64,000 nucleotides of DNA from Eutreptiella sp. 'Long Island Sound 2002' (GCA_964036045.1 OZ038378.1:82708001-82772000); one strand, 5' to 3'; shown: positions 1 through 12,380, counted from the stretch's first letter. Numbers and translations are program-made. Notes: generated by a model from the sequence alone, not told the origin.

Positions 1-332
1 CGGGCGGAACAGACTCTCAGTGCCAAAGTGGGCAGGGGAGGGGGAGGTTCTAGGGGAGACCCTCCCCTCCCCATGTTACAGAAGGCTGATGGTGTCTCAA
101 CATGCTGTGTAGCCCGCACATTATATCCATCGCTGTGCTGAAGCCCAGTCCCCAGGCCTGTGCCGATTCTTCTTTCTGCGAGGAGGAGGGTCACCCCCTG
201 CCCCCCCTGCGCGCCGTAGAACCCCCCCCCTAGGACCCCCCCCCTCCTCTTTAAGCGGAGTCAAAAGTAGGCGCGTGTGCACGATATAATTTCTTGTTGT
301 TTGATGGGCAGTGGCCTTGTGTTGTGCAAGTA

Positions 333-951
333 CAGGGGGGGGGGGAAATTTTCGCCAGGGGAGAATTTCGCGGGGAAAATTTCGCCGTTAAGAAAGGTGG
401 CAAAATTTTCCCCTGGCGAAATTTTGGCGCAGCAGTTCCATCCTGAAGAAACCCAAGGCTGATCTTGTGAATTTTTTGCAACAGCTTGGGTATTCACAGT
501 ATGCAGTGCCACTTGCAGCTGCTGGATTTGCATGCATGAAAGAGCTCACTCTTATTAATATGGCAGCACTTAAAAAATGTGGTGTCCTGGATGGCCACGC
601 ATTAAGGATTGTTGATGCCTTGAAAAAGAAGCCTGCACCTTCTGCACCAGTTACTGGATCGTCTGCATCAGATTTCATGAAGCTGCGCAAATTGCATCAA
701 CCGGATTTGAACCAACGCCTGTGTAATCAGAACCAAGTGCATGTACCACTGGAGTAATGACCAGATCCGACATCTATGTCCTCAAGGGGCATATAGAGAC
801 CGAGAGACAAAAAATTTTTCGAAAATTGAGAGACATTTTGCGAGACACATGCTTGCTTGGGGCTTTGGGGATTTGAAGGGTGGCGAAATTTTCCCCTGGC
901 GAAATTATCCCCTGCGAAATTGTCCCCGGGCGAAATTTCCCCCCCCCCCTG
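333..951. mobile_element. Non-autonomous TIR DNA transposon (Tc1/mariner-like termini)
   Basis: Ends CAGGGGGGGGGGGAAATTT(T)CGCC ... GGCGAAATTTCCCCCCCCCCCTG. TA on both flanks (331-332, 952-953). Several GGCGAAATT(T)TCCCC subterminal copies at each end, in inverted orientation. Confidence 0.8.
467..757 (+). CDS. SAM (sterile alpha motif) domain ORF inside the TIR element; coding status uncertain
   Basis: VNFLQQLGYSQYAVPLAAAGFACMKELTLINMAALKKCGVLDGHALRIVDALKK follows the SAM pattern (FL..LGL.QY...F...G......L..L....L...GI...GH...I..AL). The frame is open upstream to about 422 but has no ATG. Confidence 0.6.
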   Translation: MNFLQQLGYSQYAVPLAAAGFACMKELTLINMAALKKCGVLDGHALRIVDALKKKPAPSAPVTGSSASDFMKLRKLHQPDLNQRLCNQNQVHVPLE

Positions 952-1496
952 TATGTGTGTTGCCTGATCTGGAAACAGATGGTGCCTCAGATTTTTTAGG
1001 TTGAAATTCTGGTTCAGAATCCGACCCCAGCTCTGGTTCAGACTACAAGTGATGAGCGCCAAATCTTTGCACCGGTTTTCATCGCATTGCATGTCATTTG
1101 GGGCCAACCACAAGGAGCAGGGTCCCCATTCTCTGACGCCCCCCCCCCCCCCCTACGCCCTGGCCCAAATCCCCCCTCCCCTCTACATCGGATGGGGTGG
1201 TGAGCACCTTCCACACTTCACTGTCATGGGAACGAGTGAATATGACGCATGGCCGGCGCCGGCATGGGAGGGGCATGAAGGGGCAGAAGCAGCACTTGTG
1301 CAGAGACATAGCCGTCCCATACCACCTCTTTAAAACCCATTGCCGCAGCGGCTTGGGACAAGCAACACAAACACTTTCCACCGGAAACCCCACACCAGTG
1401 CGTACACCCGGAGGTACCAACGGGCACACCGACTGAGTCTCTCCCATTCTGCGCCATTCCAGCGGTGATGGAATGGGGTCCTGGCCCTTTCCGCAG

Positions 1497-1973
1497 GTGC
1501 TACTGGCCGCACAGCAGTCCATCAAGGCCGTGCCGGTCGCCGGGCTCGGGGACCCCATCCTCCCGCTGGACCCTGCGATGTTTGTGGGGTACGACGTTGT
1601 GCGCCACAAGTGCCAGCAGCTCGTGCAGTGGTTTGCGGCCCAGGCCGGGGGTGGCGCCGGGTCTGCGACCTCCAACCGGCAGCAACTGATCCACAACGTG
1701 TCCTCCTCCAGCGGCATCCTCTTGTACGGGCCCTCGGGCTGCGGCAAGTCCTACTTGACCCGCGCCCTCGCCGGCGGCACCGACTGCACGTGGGTCTCCC
1801 TCAAGGGCAGCAGCGTGCTCTCGAAGTACGTGGGGGAGGCGGAGCGCGTGCTGCGCACCACGTTCCGCTGCGCGGCCGCCATCGCGCCTTGCGTCCTTGT
1901 GATCGACGAGATCGACGCGCTGACACGCAGCCGGCGGCTGGCGGCGGAGGAGGACGGGGGCACGAGCCGGCAG
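1497..1973 (+). CDS. AAA+ ATPase (CDC48/AFG2/SPATA5-like), penultimate exon
   Basis: Walker A GILLYGPSGCGKS, pore loop SKYVGEAER, Walker B VLVIDEIDAL. Acceptor ccgcAG at 1495-96, donor GTgctg at 1974. 477 bp, phase 0. Upstream exons lie outside the window. Confidence 0.9.
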
Positions 1974-2174
1974 GTGCTGTGGGGATGTTGGGGGGGGCGG
2001 GGTTGGACAGGCCCAATGGTCGTATCGTTAGGTTGGTCACAGACTTGCAAGGGCACCGGCGGTAGCGTACTGCGTGGCATGAGGGCTGTGTCTCAGGACC
2101 ACTTGCGTGCATGACCAGGCAGGCAGGCAGGCGAGAAAAGCGGCGGCGCCCCTTTATCCACAATTCTGACGTAC

Positions 2175-3780
2175 ATGTGTTCTGAAAGTTCCTCAACCTT
2201 ACCCCGCATGTTGTGGAGGAGCGCACCGCGTTCCCCGAACAACTCTCGTGGCAGCATGGTATCCAAATTGGGCAATTTTCCCCCCACCTGTGAAGCAAAT
2301 CGATTCAGCGCCGACACGGGGGTGCTGTGGGCATTCTGCAAGCATTGGCTGTGGAAGCAGACAGAGCAGTTCCTGGTCAAGGAACAGTATTCCTCCTGCA
2401 CAGAAACCCCAGATAAAGTTCGAGAGGCTACGGCCGCCCTTATTTCCGAACGTGGTTGGAATGCAAATCCAAGGGCCAGGATGTGTGTCCTATATATTAT
2501 AGGAAACGCCAAAAGCCTGCTTAAAGGACAGTGGTTGTGGAGGCCCATTGCTGCCTACCCGGAGCCGCAGATTCGTAAGCTTGACCTGCGTACAGCAGCC
2601 AGGGCCTTCACGTGTTTTCTGAAGCACCTCATTCAAGAGGTTCCCAACAGCTTTCAGGTTATGCGGGTAAACGATGTCGCCTCCTAGTTCACCTGGGTGG
2701 GGAAACAAAATCTTTCCCACATCACTGAGTTGGACTGCAAAGAACAATTCAATAAGATTAAACTCAGCTGGATTGACAGGCACTTAAAGGAGGGGATTGA
2801 GTTTGTCGGTCGGCGCAGGCGGTGGAGAATGTCGGAGGTTACGTGGAGCGTGCACCACTCCTCCCCGGCATTGGACCGGCCTGGATTAGGCACTAACAAG
2901 TCCTTTCGATATATTTTACACCAGGCGTTGTCCGAGTTTGTGCAGTTTGAATTGCAGCGCAACAATAAGTGTTGGGCGGTGGGGAAACTGTGGAGCCGCG
3001 ACCTGTGTATCCCGATGGGGGGGAGTTTTTCGGCACAGAGTGCTGACTTGCACTCCGTCTGGGGGGCGTACACGGGACGGCAGGAATTCCGGGGGCTGGG
3101 TGCCCTCAGCATTTCCCCGGAGGGATATGTGCTGTGGACGGGCCGCTGGCGCATTTCCTTATGTCAGTTTAGGGACAACGTGCTGATGGCAACAGATGCG
3201 GAGGTGGAGGACTGTGGTGAAGTAGTTACGCTGGTTAAATCCGTCCTGGAGACAGTGTGGGGCCTGCCGGTTGAATGCAAATGTGCTGACAAGGAAGGGA
3301 ACTGTCAGGGCTCCTGTTTGGGACCGGTTCTCCGATGCACGGGCTTTTGTATTTCACTGGGCGGGGAAGGGAAAGGATTGAACCACGTGCAGCCGGCGGC
3401 GTTAACAGATGCGTGGGACCTACGCCTGGGCCCCTCCCTTATGAATCCGAGGCACGCATACAAGGGATACCTCAGTGGTATTTTCACGGGGGCGCTGGCG
3501 AATGGACGGGCCTGGGTGGGCACGTGGGCGGGGGGAATCCTTAGTGCGTTGGCCTGGCCTGGCTACAAGCGGGGATGCTCGCTGGATACACCAGGCAAGA
3601 GAGTATGCGTGCCATGCACAGAGCATTGCACCGAGCCTTCGCTGGGGAACCCCATTTTTTGCCTGCAACAGTGAAGGCTGTGTATACCCTGTCCCACGGG
3701 CTTCCTGCCCGAAAGTGTGTGGTGGTTGCTGCACTGCAGACGACGGTACACATCGTGGGCCCCCAGAGGATGCCCAGAGC
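2175..3780 (+). pseudogene. Penelope-like element reverse transcriptase (degenerate), in the ATPase intron
   Basis: One frame with a TAG at 2685-87 and a 5-bp CCTGG duplication frameshift near 3552. Motifs LYIIGNAK..WRPIAA, TELDCKEQFNKI, IPMGGSFSAQSADL, QFRDNV, and C-terminal LAGYT (like PLE NGYP). No endonuclease seen. Confidence 0.7.
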
Positions 3781-4838
3781 TGCGCGCATACGAGGTAATT
3801 TGGAACCACGACTAGGAGGCCTTGGATCGTGTCCGCCCACAGTGCTGCCCCGGGGCAGCATGTGTGTGTGTGTCCCCCCGGTAACGGGGGGTACCTCCAG
3901 GAAACAACATCCGAATCGTCCTGGGAAGTGGGAGGGCAGGGACCCATACGCCAATCAGGCTGTGCTGTCAAGATGACAGCATGCCTTGTTTCTGCCACAG
4001 GTTGGGCTACTGGGACATCCTGGGCTCCTGCTTCCGACAGAAAGGCGCCTAGCCGACATGCTCTTTCACTCCATCTTCTACTGTTTTTCGGCCTGACGAG
4101 ATTCGTTAACGTCCAGTGCTGTGCTCTGCTTGATCACGCCTGTTCGTCTGCGTTCATCGTGTGTGTGTGTGTGTGTGCGTGTGTGTACGAGGATTCACAC
4201 TCAGTCACCATTGTTGTGCTGTGTTTCGCAATTGTGTGTGTGCGTGAACGTGAACGGTCAAACTGCCGGACCTACCAGCATCTGCCACGGCAGGTGTCTG
4301 TGCTAGTGTGGGCGCGGTTAGGCGTGTTCCCAACCATGCCGACACATGTCAGCAAAAACGGCATCGGGTTTGAATCTGCGACCTCTGGATAGGCTTTCGG
4401 ACGGTGTTCGGGGCCTTTGCCTTGGCTCCTGGTTGGGCAATTGAGCCCTGCCTGGGATTTGATCCTGGCATTTCGCAGGCATAGCCATACACTATAGCCT
4501 ACACAAACCAGGCCGCGCGGGAAAACACGAGCACCCCTGCCACCCCCTACACCACACGTGCCACACACCGGAGCGACGCACGCAAACCCTCACCTGCCGC
4601 GAACCTACCCTGGACACAGCGTACGTATTCCACTACATGTATGCAGACCTCACACAGGGCCACAGCCTGTGGGCGCCGGGCGCTAGAATCGCTGCAACTG
4701 CCGATCTCGACGGCTGCAGGGTCACAGGCATCGGTTGGATAGAGCCCTGTGCATGCCAATGTTACGTACAGCCCACTTGACTTGGTGTGACAGTATGAGC
4801 AGCTTCCCTCGCATACTCCTGCTTATCACACTCTTCAG

Positions 4839-5264
4839 GTGTTGTCCACTCTGCTCTGCGAGATGGACGGCATTGAAGGCCGGCGAGGGGTCCTGGTGGT
4901 GGGCTGCTCCAACCAGCCCAAGCTCATCGATGCGGCCCTGCTGCGCCAGGGCCGCCTTGAGCACCTGCTGTACCTGGGCCCACCCACTCTCAACGAACGC
5001 CAGGCCATTCTCGCCAACAAATGCCGGGGCATGCGCCTGGCGCCCAACGTCGACCTGGCGGGCCTGGCGGAGCGGACCGAGATGTGGTCCCCCGCGGCGC
5101 TTGAGGTGCTGTGCCGGGAGGCAAGCCTGAGGAGCTTCCGGGAGGCGCTGTGGGCAGCCCCAGTGTCCCAGCAGCACTTCGATGCAGTTCTGGAGTCCGG
5201 TGTGGTGCCCCCGATTTCCAAGGCGCACATCGCCGAGGCGTATGAGAACTTTGTGAAGATGTAG
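4839..5264 (+). CDS. AAA+ ATPase, terminal exon
   Basis: VLSTLLCEMDGI...SNQPKLIDAALLRQGRLEHLLYLGPP (sensor 1/SRH), lid helices, stop TAG. Acceptor cttcAG at 4837-38. Joins in frame to the exon ending at 1973 across a 2865-bp GT-AG intron. Confidence 0.9.
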   Translation: MLSTLLCEMDGIEGRRGVLVVGCSNQPKLIDAALLRQGRLEHLLYLGPPTLNERQAILANKCRGMRLAPNVDLAGLAERTEMWSPAALEVLCREASLRSFREALWAAPVSQQHFDAVLESGVVPPISKAHIAEAYENFVKM

Positions 5265-6603
5265 GGGTGCCCGCTTGGTCTGGGGAATGGGGGGGCTCGG
5301 GCGGACTGGGGAGTCCACCGGGGGAGGAGGCCATCTGTGCCTGATGATACATGAGCCCACCAGAATTTAGGAGTCGGGCGGATATGGGAGTTGGGTGCAG
5401 TGGAACCGCATCATACTTCTTGTTTTTTCCTCTCTACCTCAGCGAAAGGCGCCCATGACATGTCACTGAAGAGCTTTTCTCTTCTATTTTTGCCTTGCGC
5501 TTCTGCTTTGTGCCTGACGGTACCGGTCATGCATGCGCATCTGTATCCCAGAGCGGGGGGTCCCGCCAGTGGTGCAGGTCAAGCCCTGAGGGTGGGTGGA
5601 GTGCGGGGGAGCGGGGCAAGAGGCTCAAGCGGGTTTCGAAGGTGTTTGCCGAATCGGTGGGAGGCCAAGGCTGGCAGTGAACAAAATGGTGTGCGTGACA
5701 TTGAGGGCGATTGATCGTGGTTAGAAAAGGGCAAGATAGGTGGATTTGTACGGTCAGACAGAACCCTGTCCTCCCGCGGACCCTCAAACCTGCGCCCGTG
5801 GGCAGCAGCAATGTTGTTGTGTGCGAAGTGGGGCGGACAACAACAGTGCGAGCCGTTGTGGGCTTTGGGGGGTTCGTTTATGCGTCACCAGAATGTTTTG
5901 TTTTTCGCACCTGGTGAGTGGTCCACAGTCATTTTCCTCCCGCTTATGTGCAGTCAAAATGCTTGGATCTTGATCTTGGATCTCCGAAAACCGTTTTGGC
6001 TGCGAAAGCGCTTTCTGGTGGTTGGAAAACCGTTTGGAGGATAGGGTCTGGCGTTACCATTGGGTGGTGTGCGATCAAGGGCGGACAGAAGCGGTTACGC
6101 CGCCGTCACCCTTACGTGGGGTGTAACCTCCCCACCCCCTTCAAGTGCATGGTGTTGGCGGAAGGAATGGACGGTCAGGTAGGTCTGGATGGAGGCCAGG
6201 AGCGGGAGAGCAGGGCTGAGAGCGCTGTGCATTTGATGCGCAATAAAAGCAGGCGGTTTCGCGGCAGACGTATACAGAAAGGGAGCACTGGGCGTGAGCA
6301 CTTGACTTTCTTTTCATCATCTTCACCTGAGACCGCCCCCTTAAAGAGCGCCGCATGCCCTCCCACGTGCCGTCAGTCACCCTCCAACCGCCGCCGGTTA
6401 GCCTCATGTGGCTGTTGTTTACCTTACAAACGCCAGGCTCAGTGTAATGGATACCGAAGCTTTTTTTTTTCCCCCTTTCTGATAAAGGTTGCCCCCGCGA
6501 GGGGGGGGGTGTGTGGGGATACAGCCGGTTGCAGGACGATCGCCCCACAAGGCAGGGATCTTCATACGGAGCGGTCCAATTTTTTTGGGGGGGGGGTTGG
6601 GCT

Positions 6604-6893
6604 ATCTGTCACTCAGTAATAGATGGTGAGTGACAGATGGGAACGGCAAGTGGGGAGAGTGACATATATTTTGGCACAGATGGGGGAAAATGGGGTGCCG
6701 AAGGCGCCGGAAAATTTTTTTGGCCTGCCGAGGGGGGAATAAGATTTTTGTTTTACCCCATGTGTCGAAACTCAAAACCTCAGATTTTGTGGAGACTTCG
6801 ACTATGGGTGAAAAAAACTTCGACCCCCTGACCTGACCTCCAAGTGGGCTCTTGGCTGCTGGCCCATCCATCTGTCACCTGTCACCTGTCACT
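6604..6893. mobile_element. Small MITE-like element with terminal hairpin
   Basis: 12-bp perfect stem ATCTGTCACTCA/TGAGTGACAGAT (6604-6638). GTGACAGATGG (6630-40) is inverted to CCATCTGTCAC (6868-78), followed by CTGTCAC tandem copies. Confidence 0.45.
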
Positions 6894-8477
6894 TGAGGGG
6901 GGGGGGGGTGAGCAGGTCTGGCACAAGTACTCCAAAGTTGTTGGAGTCAGGACCGCCCAGGGATCCCTGAACGACGACGAACTCTCCCATTGCAAGCTTG
7001 GGAGCGGTGTCCAGTCATCAGTCCTACCAGTCGCTCTTGGATTTAGCTGGTGCCGTCCTGAAAAGATGCGCGTTGCGAGGGGCGGCATGGCGGTCCTGAG
7101 CGTTTGTTTCCGCGAAGCTCTCCCAAAATGCAAATGGTTCGCCGTGAGAAATGGTTTGCGGTGATGAATCGTTTGCGGTCACGAATGGGTCACGCTCGCA
7201 AATGGTTCCCAGTCAGGAATCGTTGGCTCTTTTGGCACGGGTTGCGGTTGCGAGTGGTTCGCAGTTGCCATTGGTTTGCTGTCGGAGCTGGTTGGCAGTT
7301 AGAATTGCCGCCGGCATGCTCTCATGACGCCGCATCTTTCCTTCACCCAATCACAAGGAGTATCATTCACCAACAGGCATACAAATCACTGGGTGCCGAG
7401 TGCCCACAACAATGTGCCCCCTGTTGAACAGGTCCACAGGGACTTCCTGGGACTGGGTTGGTCGGAAGTACCCAACTGTTGCCGGCTGTTTCTTTGCCTC
7501 CTATGGCGATCCTGGGACAGGTCTTGTTGTCGTGTCTTGTTTGCGGTGTTGTGCGGTGCATGAAATTGATACAGCCGGCCTACGATGAAGCAAGCCAAAC
7601 CGAACCAGACATCAGAAGGGGGCTGTTTTTATTTGTTGGGAATCGTGTTGCGATTTCCCCAAAGCCTGAATGGGTCACCGGTGGCTGTCATATGGAAATT
7701 GTGCCTTATTACAGGCTTTGTGGATGATTGAGCTGTTCAGTTGAGTGTCGTGAACGTGATTGTGTGAAGGCGTGTTCTTCCTGTTCCTGTTGTTTGCCAC
7801 TGTATTGTGATCATTATTCTGTCACCTGGCATTTGCGCTTGTGGCCCCTTCCTCTCGTTCCTCTTGTTCCTCTCTTTTATCCCCCCTCTTGTCACTCTGC
7901 CAAGCCCTGCCATTTGGGTTGGGATTGTGTGTTTCAACTGTGTGCTTCCTCTCCTCGTATCATTTTTGGTCACCTGTCATTTGTGATTGTTGTTCTTTTT
8001 GTGGTTCCTCTCGTAGTGAATTTGTCATCACTGCCATGCAAAATAGAGGCATGTCCCATTGCAAAAGAGGCAGAGGCGTTGCACGCAACATGACACAATG
8101 GATTGATTGATCTTTGCATCATGGCTTTGGCATTGCAATTAAAATTGTGAAGGCACATTTGATTGATGGGAAACGACGTTCCTAGGTTGTAAGGACCTTA
8201 GATTTATCCCAAATCATTCCTTGTGATGCACTACAAATACAAGTGGCACAAAGGGCACTTTTTGTTGCAAGCTGCACTTGTGGCCATAATGCACATAAGC
8301 TGCAAACAGTGGGACACAAAGTTTCACAAGGGTGTGCGCATATGTGAGGACACACTCAATATTGGGGATTACCAATATGCCATTCATCATTGCCAGACTG
8401 GGCCAAAGTTCCATGCAGTCATTAGTGTCATGTTTGCATGCATACTGGTTGGATGGGAGCTGCCTACCGCTCTTGTA

Positions 8478-8829
8478 AAGGAGCAGCTTTATATGGGGGA
8501 GCCATAACCACAATCACCATGTTACAGCTGCAGTTACTTAGTGTGGTAGTGCCGCTTTTTGTGGTGAGCCGCTTTATTGTGGTCTTTTTGTGACATGCAT
8601 GTTGAGCGGTTATTTGGTGTGGTGGCTTCACACAAGCATTTCCACAACACCAACTCAAGGAGTCCACTACAATTAGTCCCCTTGGGGCGTAAAGTGGTCA
8701 CTGGGGCCGCTTTGGCTCGACTCCTAGGCCTGTCCTGGAAGAATCAGTGTTTTATGGGGGAGCCAAATCACAATTAATGTGTTACAGCTAGTATTGTGTG
8801 GTTGTGCCACTTTTTGTGGTATCAAATGC

Positions 8830-8866
<37 letters not shown>

Positions 8867-9250
8867 GGCCGCTTGTGGTCTCTGGTGCATGCACTCTAAG
8901 TTCATTGGTATCGTGGCTTCACATGGGCATCCTCAACAACACCTGATCAAATGGTCCACTACAAGCGGTTCCCTTGGAGCACAGAGTGGGCAGTGGGGTT
9001 GCTAAAGAACATGAATGACGTCTCAATGAATTCTGTTATAGAGTGCCCGCTACACATTTCACCCCTAATCAGCATGGTGTGCTTGTCCGGCAAACAACAC
9101 CAAACCTGGGGTCCATGAGGGACAGTCCCCTTGGAGTGCAAAGTAGGCACTGGGGTTGCTAAACAACATGAGTCACATATTGTTGATTTCTAGCATTGAG
9201 TGCCCATTTCTCATTTTACTCATACCAAGCATGGTGCTTGTTGAGGAGAT
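8478..9250. repeat. Two diverged tandem duplications plus a (GT)n tract
   Basis: ~8478-8700 resembles ~8750-8960 (TTTAT..GGGGAGCCA...TGTTACAGCT...GTGCC.CTTTTTGTGGT). ~8990-9110 resembles ~9146-9250. (GT)n at ~8835-8862. Confidence 0.6.
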
Positions 9251-9444
9251 ACATTGCAATGCAATGTGTTTCATGTTGCATATTTGGATGTCATGTTGGA
9301 GATGGTGTTTCCAAATTGATAGCTTTCTTCTGTTTCGGGCTACTGCATGCACACATTTTGGAGGTTTGACGTTCCACTGTTTTGATGGATGCAACCAGGA
9401 TCTACTAAGGGGAACGTTAGCGCGCCGGGCATCTTTTGTGACCC

Positions 9445-9750
9445 GTGCCCTACCGGTGGACCGTTGCCGTTGATATGTTGGGCAACATTATATGGATTTG
9501 CCCCTTGGCCGCCGGGACATCAGCAGATGTTTTGATTTGGGATGGGTATGGACCTTCTCGTGCCCGAGGTGATTTCTTTGATTTCGAAGTTGGGGGCCAT
9601 GATGGTGCTTACAAGGGCCGGATTCATGTCATTGTGCCATTCGTTGGAAGAAAGAATGGCACTTTGACAGCCCGCCAACAATGTTGCAATGACGTGCACG
9701 GGTGGTATAGGGCACGCATTGAGCAGCTGTTTGCTCGGTTGTGGCACGCA
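9445..9750 (+). pseudogene. Harbinger (DDE_Tnp_4-type) transposase fragment
   Basis: VDMLGNIIW..AGTSADVLIW...GHDGAYKG..VIVPF...LTARQQCCNDVHGWYRARIEQLFARLW. Retains the second D and the E of the DDE triad; the N-terminal D is deleted. Confidence 0.85.
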
Positions 9751-9884
9751 AGATGAGGCAGAGGATGAGGCAGAAGTGTGTGTGTTGTGTTGCCAGAACG
9801 CTCCACCGTCGCAGTTTGTGATGAGTGTAAGGAGCACTATTGTACTAAATGTATTGACACCCATACTTGTGGGACCAATGTTAT

Positions 9885-10030
9885 GATGCAGCTCTACTGT
9901 TCGCGATACCTCAATGTCGCTTCTACTGGAGATCGATGCGGTTGTGCTATCCTAACCCCCCATTCTCCCAACTTGCGAAGGTGTTGACCCAGATCGCCCT
10001 TAAAGGAGCTAGAGTGGTACTGTGTACCCT
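9885..10030 (+). pseudogene. Fragment of Dam-like N6-adenine DNA methyltransferase
   Basis: LLFAIPQCRFYW..CYPNPPFSQLAKVLTQIALKGARVVLCT. NPPF catalytic motif at 9954-9965, in the context typical of retroelement-borne Dam domains. Confidence 0.7.
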
Positions 10031-12199
10031 AGTTTGCAACTTTCTTGACCTGGGGCAGTTTGGGTCACCTAATTCTAAGGGCGTTTCCAAGGGGTGTGCT
10101 TGGGGGCTCATCGGGGGGAACATAGTCTAAAAGTAGCGCACCGGGCGCGCGCCGGGCAAACATTCCCCCTAAGCTACAAGCGGAGCGTTATACGTTTGGT
10201 GCACAGGTGTTGTGTTGTGATTATTTTGTAGTGAGTAGGCCTAAAGTGGTTGAAACGAGAAATCAGTCATTGTTTGCTTATAGTTTGAGTATGTATGAGG
10301 AGATATGCCAAGGCCACAATGCAGCTAGCATCTCTTTGCTGTGAACTGTCTGCTTTGTCGTGTGGCTTCTAAGGAATGGCAAGGGGTCGACACCCCCCAA
10401 ATTTGTAGTAACATTGCTATCTTCGCCATCGTTGCTTTAGTAGGTGTGCAATAGATAACCTGTATTGTTATTGAGCACACACCGGCCCATTCTGTGGCTT
10501 ATGCCTCATCCGATTTCACAATGAACTTGGCGTTCGTCATTATTTTGCGCGATGATATAGCCATGGTCCTCAACGCCGTATGAGTGGTCCCCATGTTCCT
10601 ATGTTCTTTTGCAATGGAGCATGAGTGGTACAATTGATATGTGCAATTGCATATGTGCTGCCATATTCACAAGGTGGGCAAAGTGTAGTCTACCAGATTG
10701 CTGTTCACCCTGCCAACCGCATTCCTGTGTGCCATATTTGTTGCTTTTTTTTTTGGAACATGGTGCAAGTGCACATGCTAAGCGTTTCACAATTCGGAGG
10801 TGATAACAAAGGTTGCATTTGGTGTGCATTGCTGCAGAGGTTTAAGGATAGTAAACTCAAAGTATGTGTACATTTTGCATGCATTAGTTCTATTTTAATC
10901 TTTCCTTTTGTATATTGTGCCATTTCAACTGTATTTTGGGACCACCAATTTTGATGTGGGGTCTTGAGCAAATGGTACAAAAGGGAGTGTGTTGGTCGCT
11001 AGAAGTTTTGATGGAATGTTGTGGAGTTGCATTCATTATGCACACCAGTTTTGCCTCGCACGATGCATTGGTCTGGAACAATTTAATCAGGCGGTGTGGG
11101 TTTTCCGACACTGTTGCATGTAAAAAGCCATGGTTGCGACAATCAGAGAAAAGGTCCCGAATATACTTTTTCATGAGACAATTTTGTTTTGCATGATCCT
11201 CTTGCTCGGGTTTGTTGCATTATTTCACTTGTCTTTTGGCATTTCAACCAAATCGACATACACAGTTTTTCAAGTGGGCATGCTTTTCTCTTCGCCCATC
11301 TCATGTGGTGGAAGTTTGGCAGAGATTTAAGTGTGTAAACATGCAAGGGTGTTGTATTTTGCCCCCCGCCCCCCCTTACGTGCTTGGTGCCTTGATGGGA
11401 CACACACCTGCTTAGTATTGCCTCTTGATTTCCCCCTGGGGGCGAGGGGGAGCGTTTTCTCTCAATTTTCTGACATTTACAAGAAGGGAGGATAACGAGG
11501 CTCTCCGGTGTTTCTAGCGGGTGGACAAGGCAGTGTTATTGGTGGATTGCTGTGCACATGCATTTCTTGCATTCAAGGCTGTACATTGTACTTAGTACCA
11601 TACAGAACACTACATTTTTCGCAGTTTCAACCCTGGGTGTCGACATTGGCACGTACCCAGCCGGAAATTTCGTCAAGTTTGCACGTTCAGAGGGCAGTGT
11701 CGTGCTTGCCAATATTCTCCGACCCTCAGAGCGACCTTGGTACACCTGAACACGCGCCACAATGTCCGATTTCGTGGTTAACTTTCAGATGATGCGCCCT
11801 AACACTTGTTACTAGTAACACAGGTTCAGGGCAAGGATTTCCGGCCGTTTAGGCTTACATAGGCCCACTGTTGACTAACTTCGACCTGTTCTGGGCTGTT
11901 CTGCGTGAAATGGGGAGGAAGCCAACATCACACTGTATTGCGGGGTAGAGGGATCAGAATCCTATTCCGAGGGCACTCTGCCCATGAGACCCCGCCCCCT
12001 TTGTAGTTTCCAGCCTGCAGAATGGGCCAAGCGAGCACCTAGACCCCCATACCGGCATATATTTGGCCCCAGAGCTAGGCTAAGCAGGGTCTGTGCGAAA
12101 CCAATGCTTGCGCCTCAACCTGGGCACCAGGGCTCCAAAGTCCACTGCAGATCTTGCTTGCACAACAGCTGAGATGCGCGTGCTTGTGGCGACACGTTG

Positions 12200-12380
12200 T
12201 GATGCTTGGGATCCCTGGGGGCACTAGGGGACACTTGGGAACGCTTTGTGGCGTCTGCGGATACTTGGGATACTTGGAGACGCTCGGGGGCGCTTGGGGG
12301 TGGTAGGGGATATTTGGGGACTCTTCCTGCTACTTGTGGTGCTTGGGGATGTTTAGGGACACTTGGGAACGTTTTGGTTG
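12200..12380. repeat. G-rich low-complexity minisatellite (GGGACACTTGGGA-like)
   Basis: Repeated ggga(c/t)acttggga units. Confidence 0.5.

Larger units (their letters stand above)
9409..10169 (+). mobile_element. Internally deleted PIF/Harbinger DNA transposon
   Basis: TAA target duplication (9406-08, 10170-72). TIRs GGGGAACGTT / AACATTCCCCC. Contains a Harbinger transposase fragment. Confidence 0.85.

Noticed and set aside
4020-4095. Hammerhead ribozyme near the Penelope-like element (GAAA at ~4028, CTGACGA at ~4073)
   Set aside because: Stems II and III and the cleavage triplet could not be built around the core motifs.
5918-6619. 233-aa ORF
   Set aside because: No domain, lacks the GC3 bias of true exons here, and runs through homopolymers into a MITE-like end.
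6900-8050. Possible degraded minus-strand coding remnant
   Set aside because: Multiple stops and no recognisable motif.
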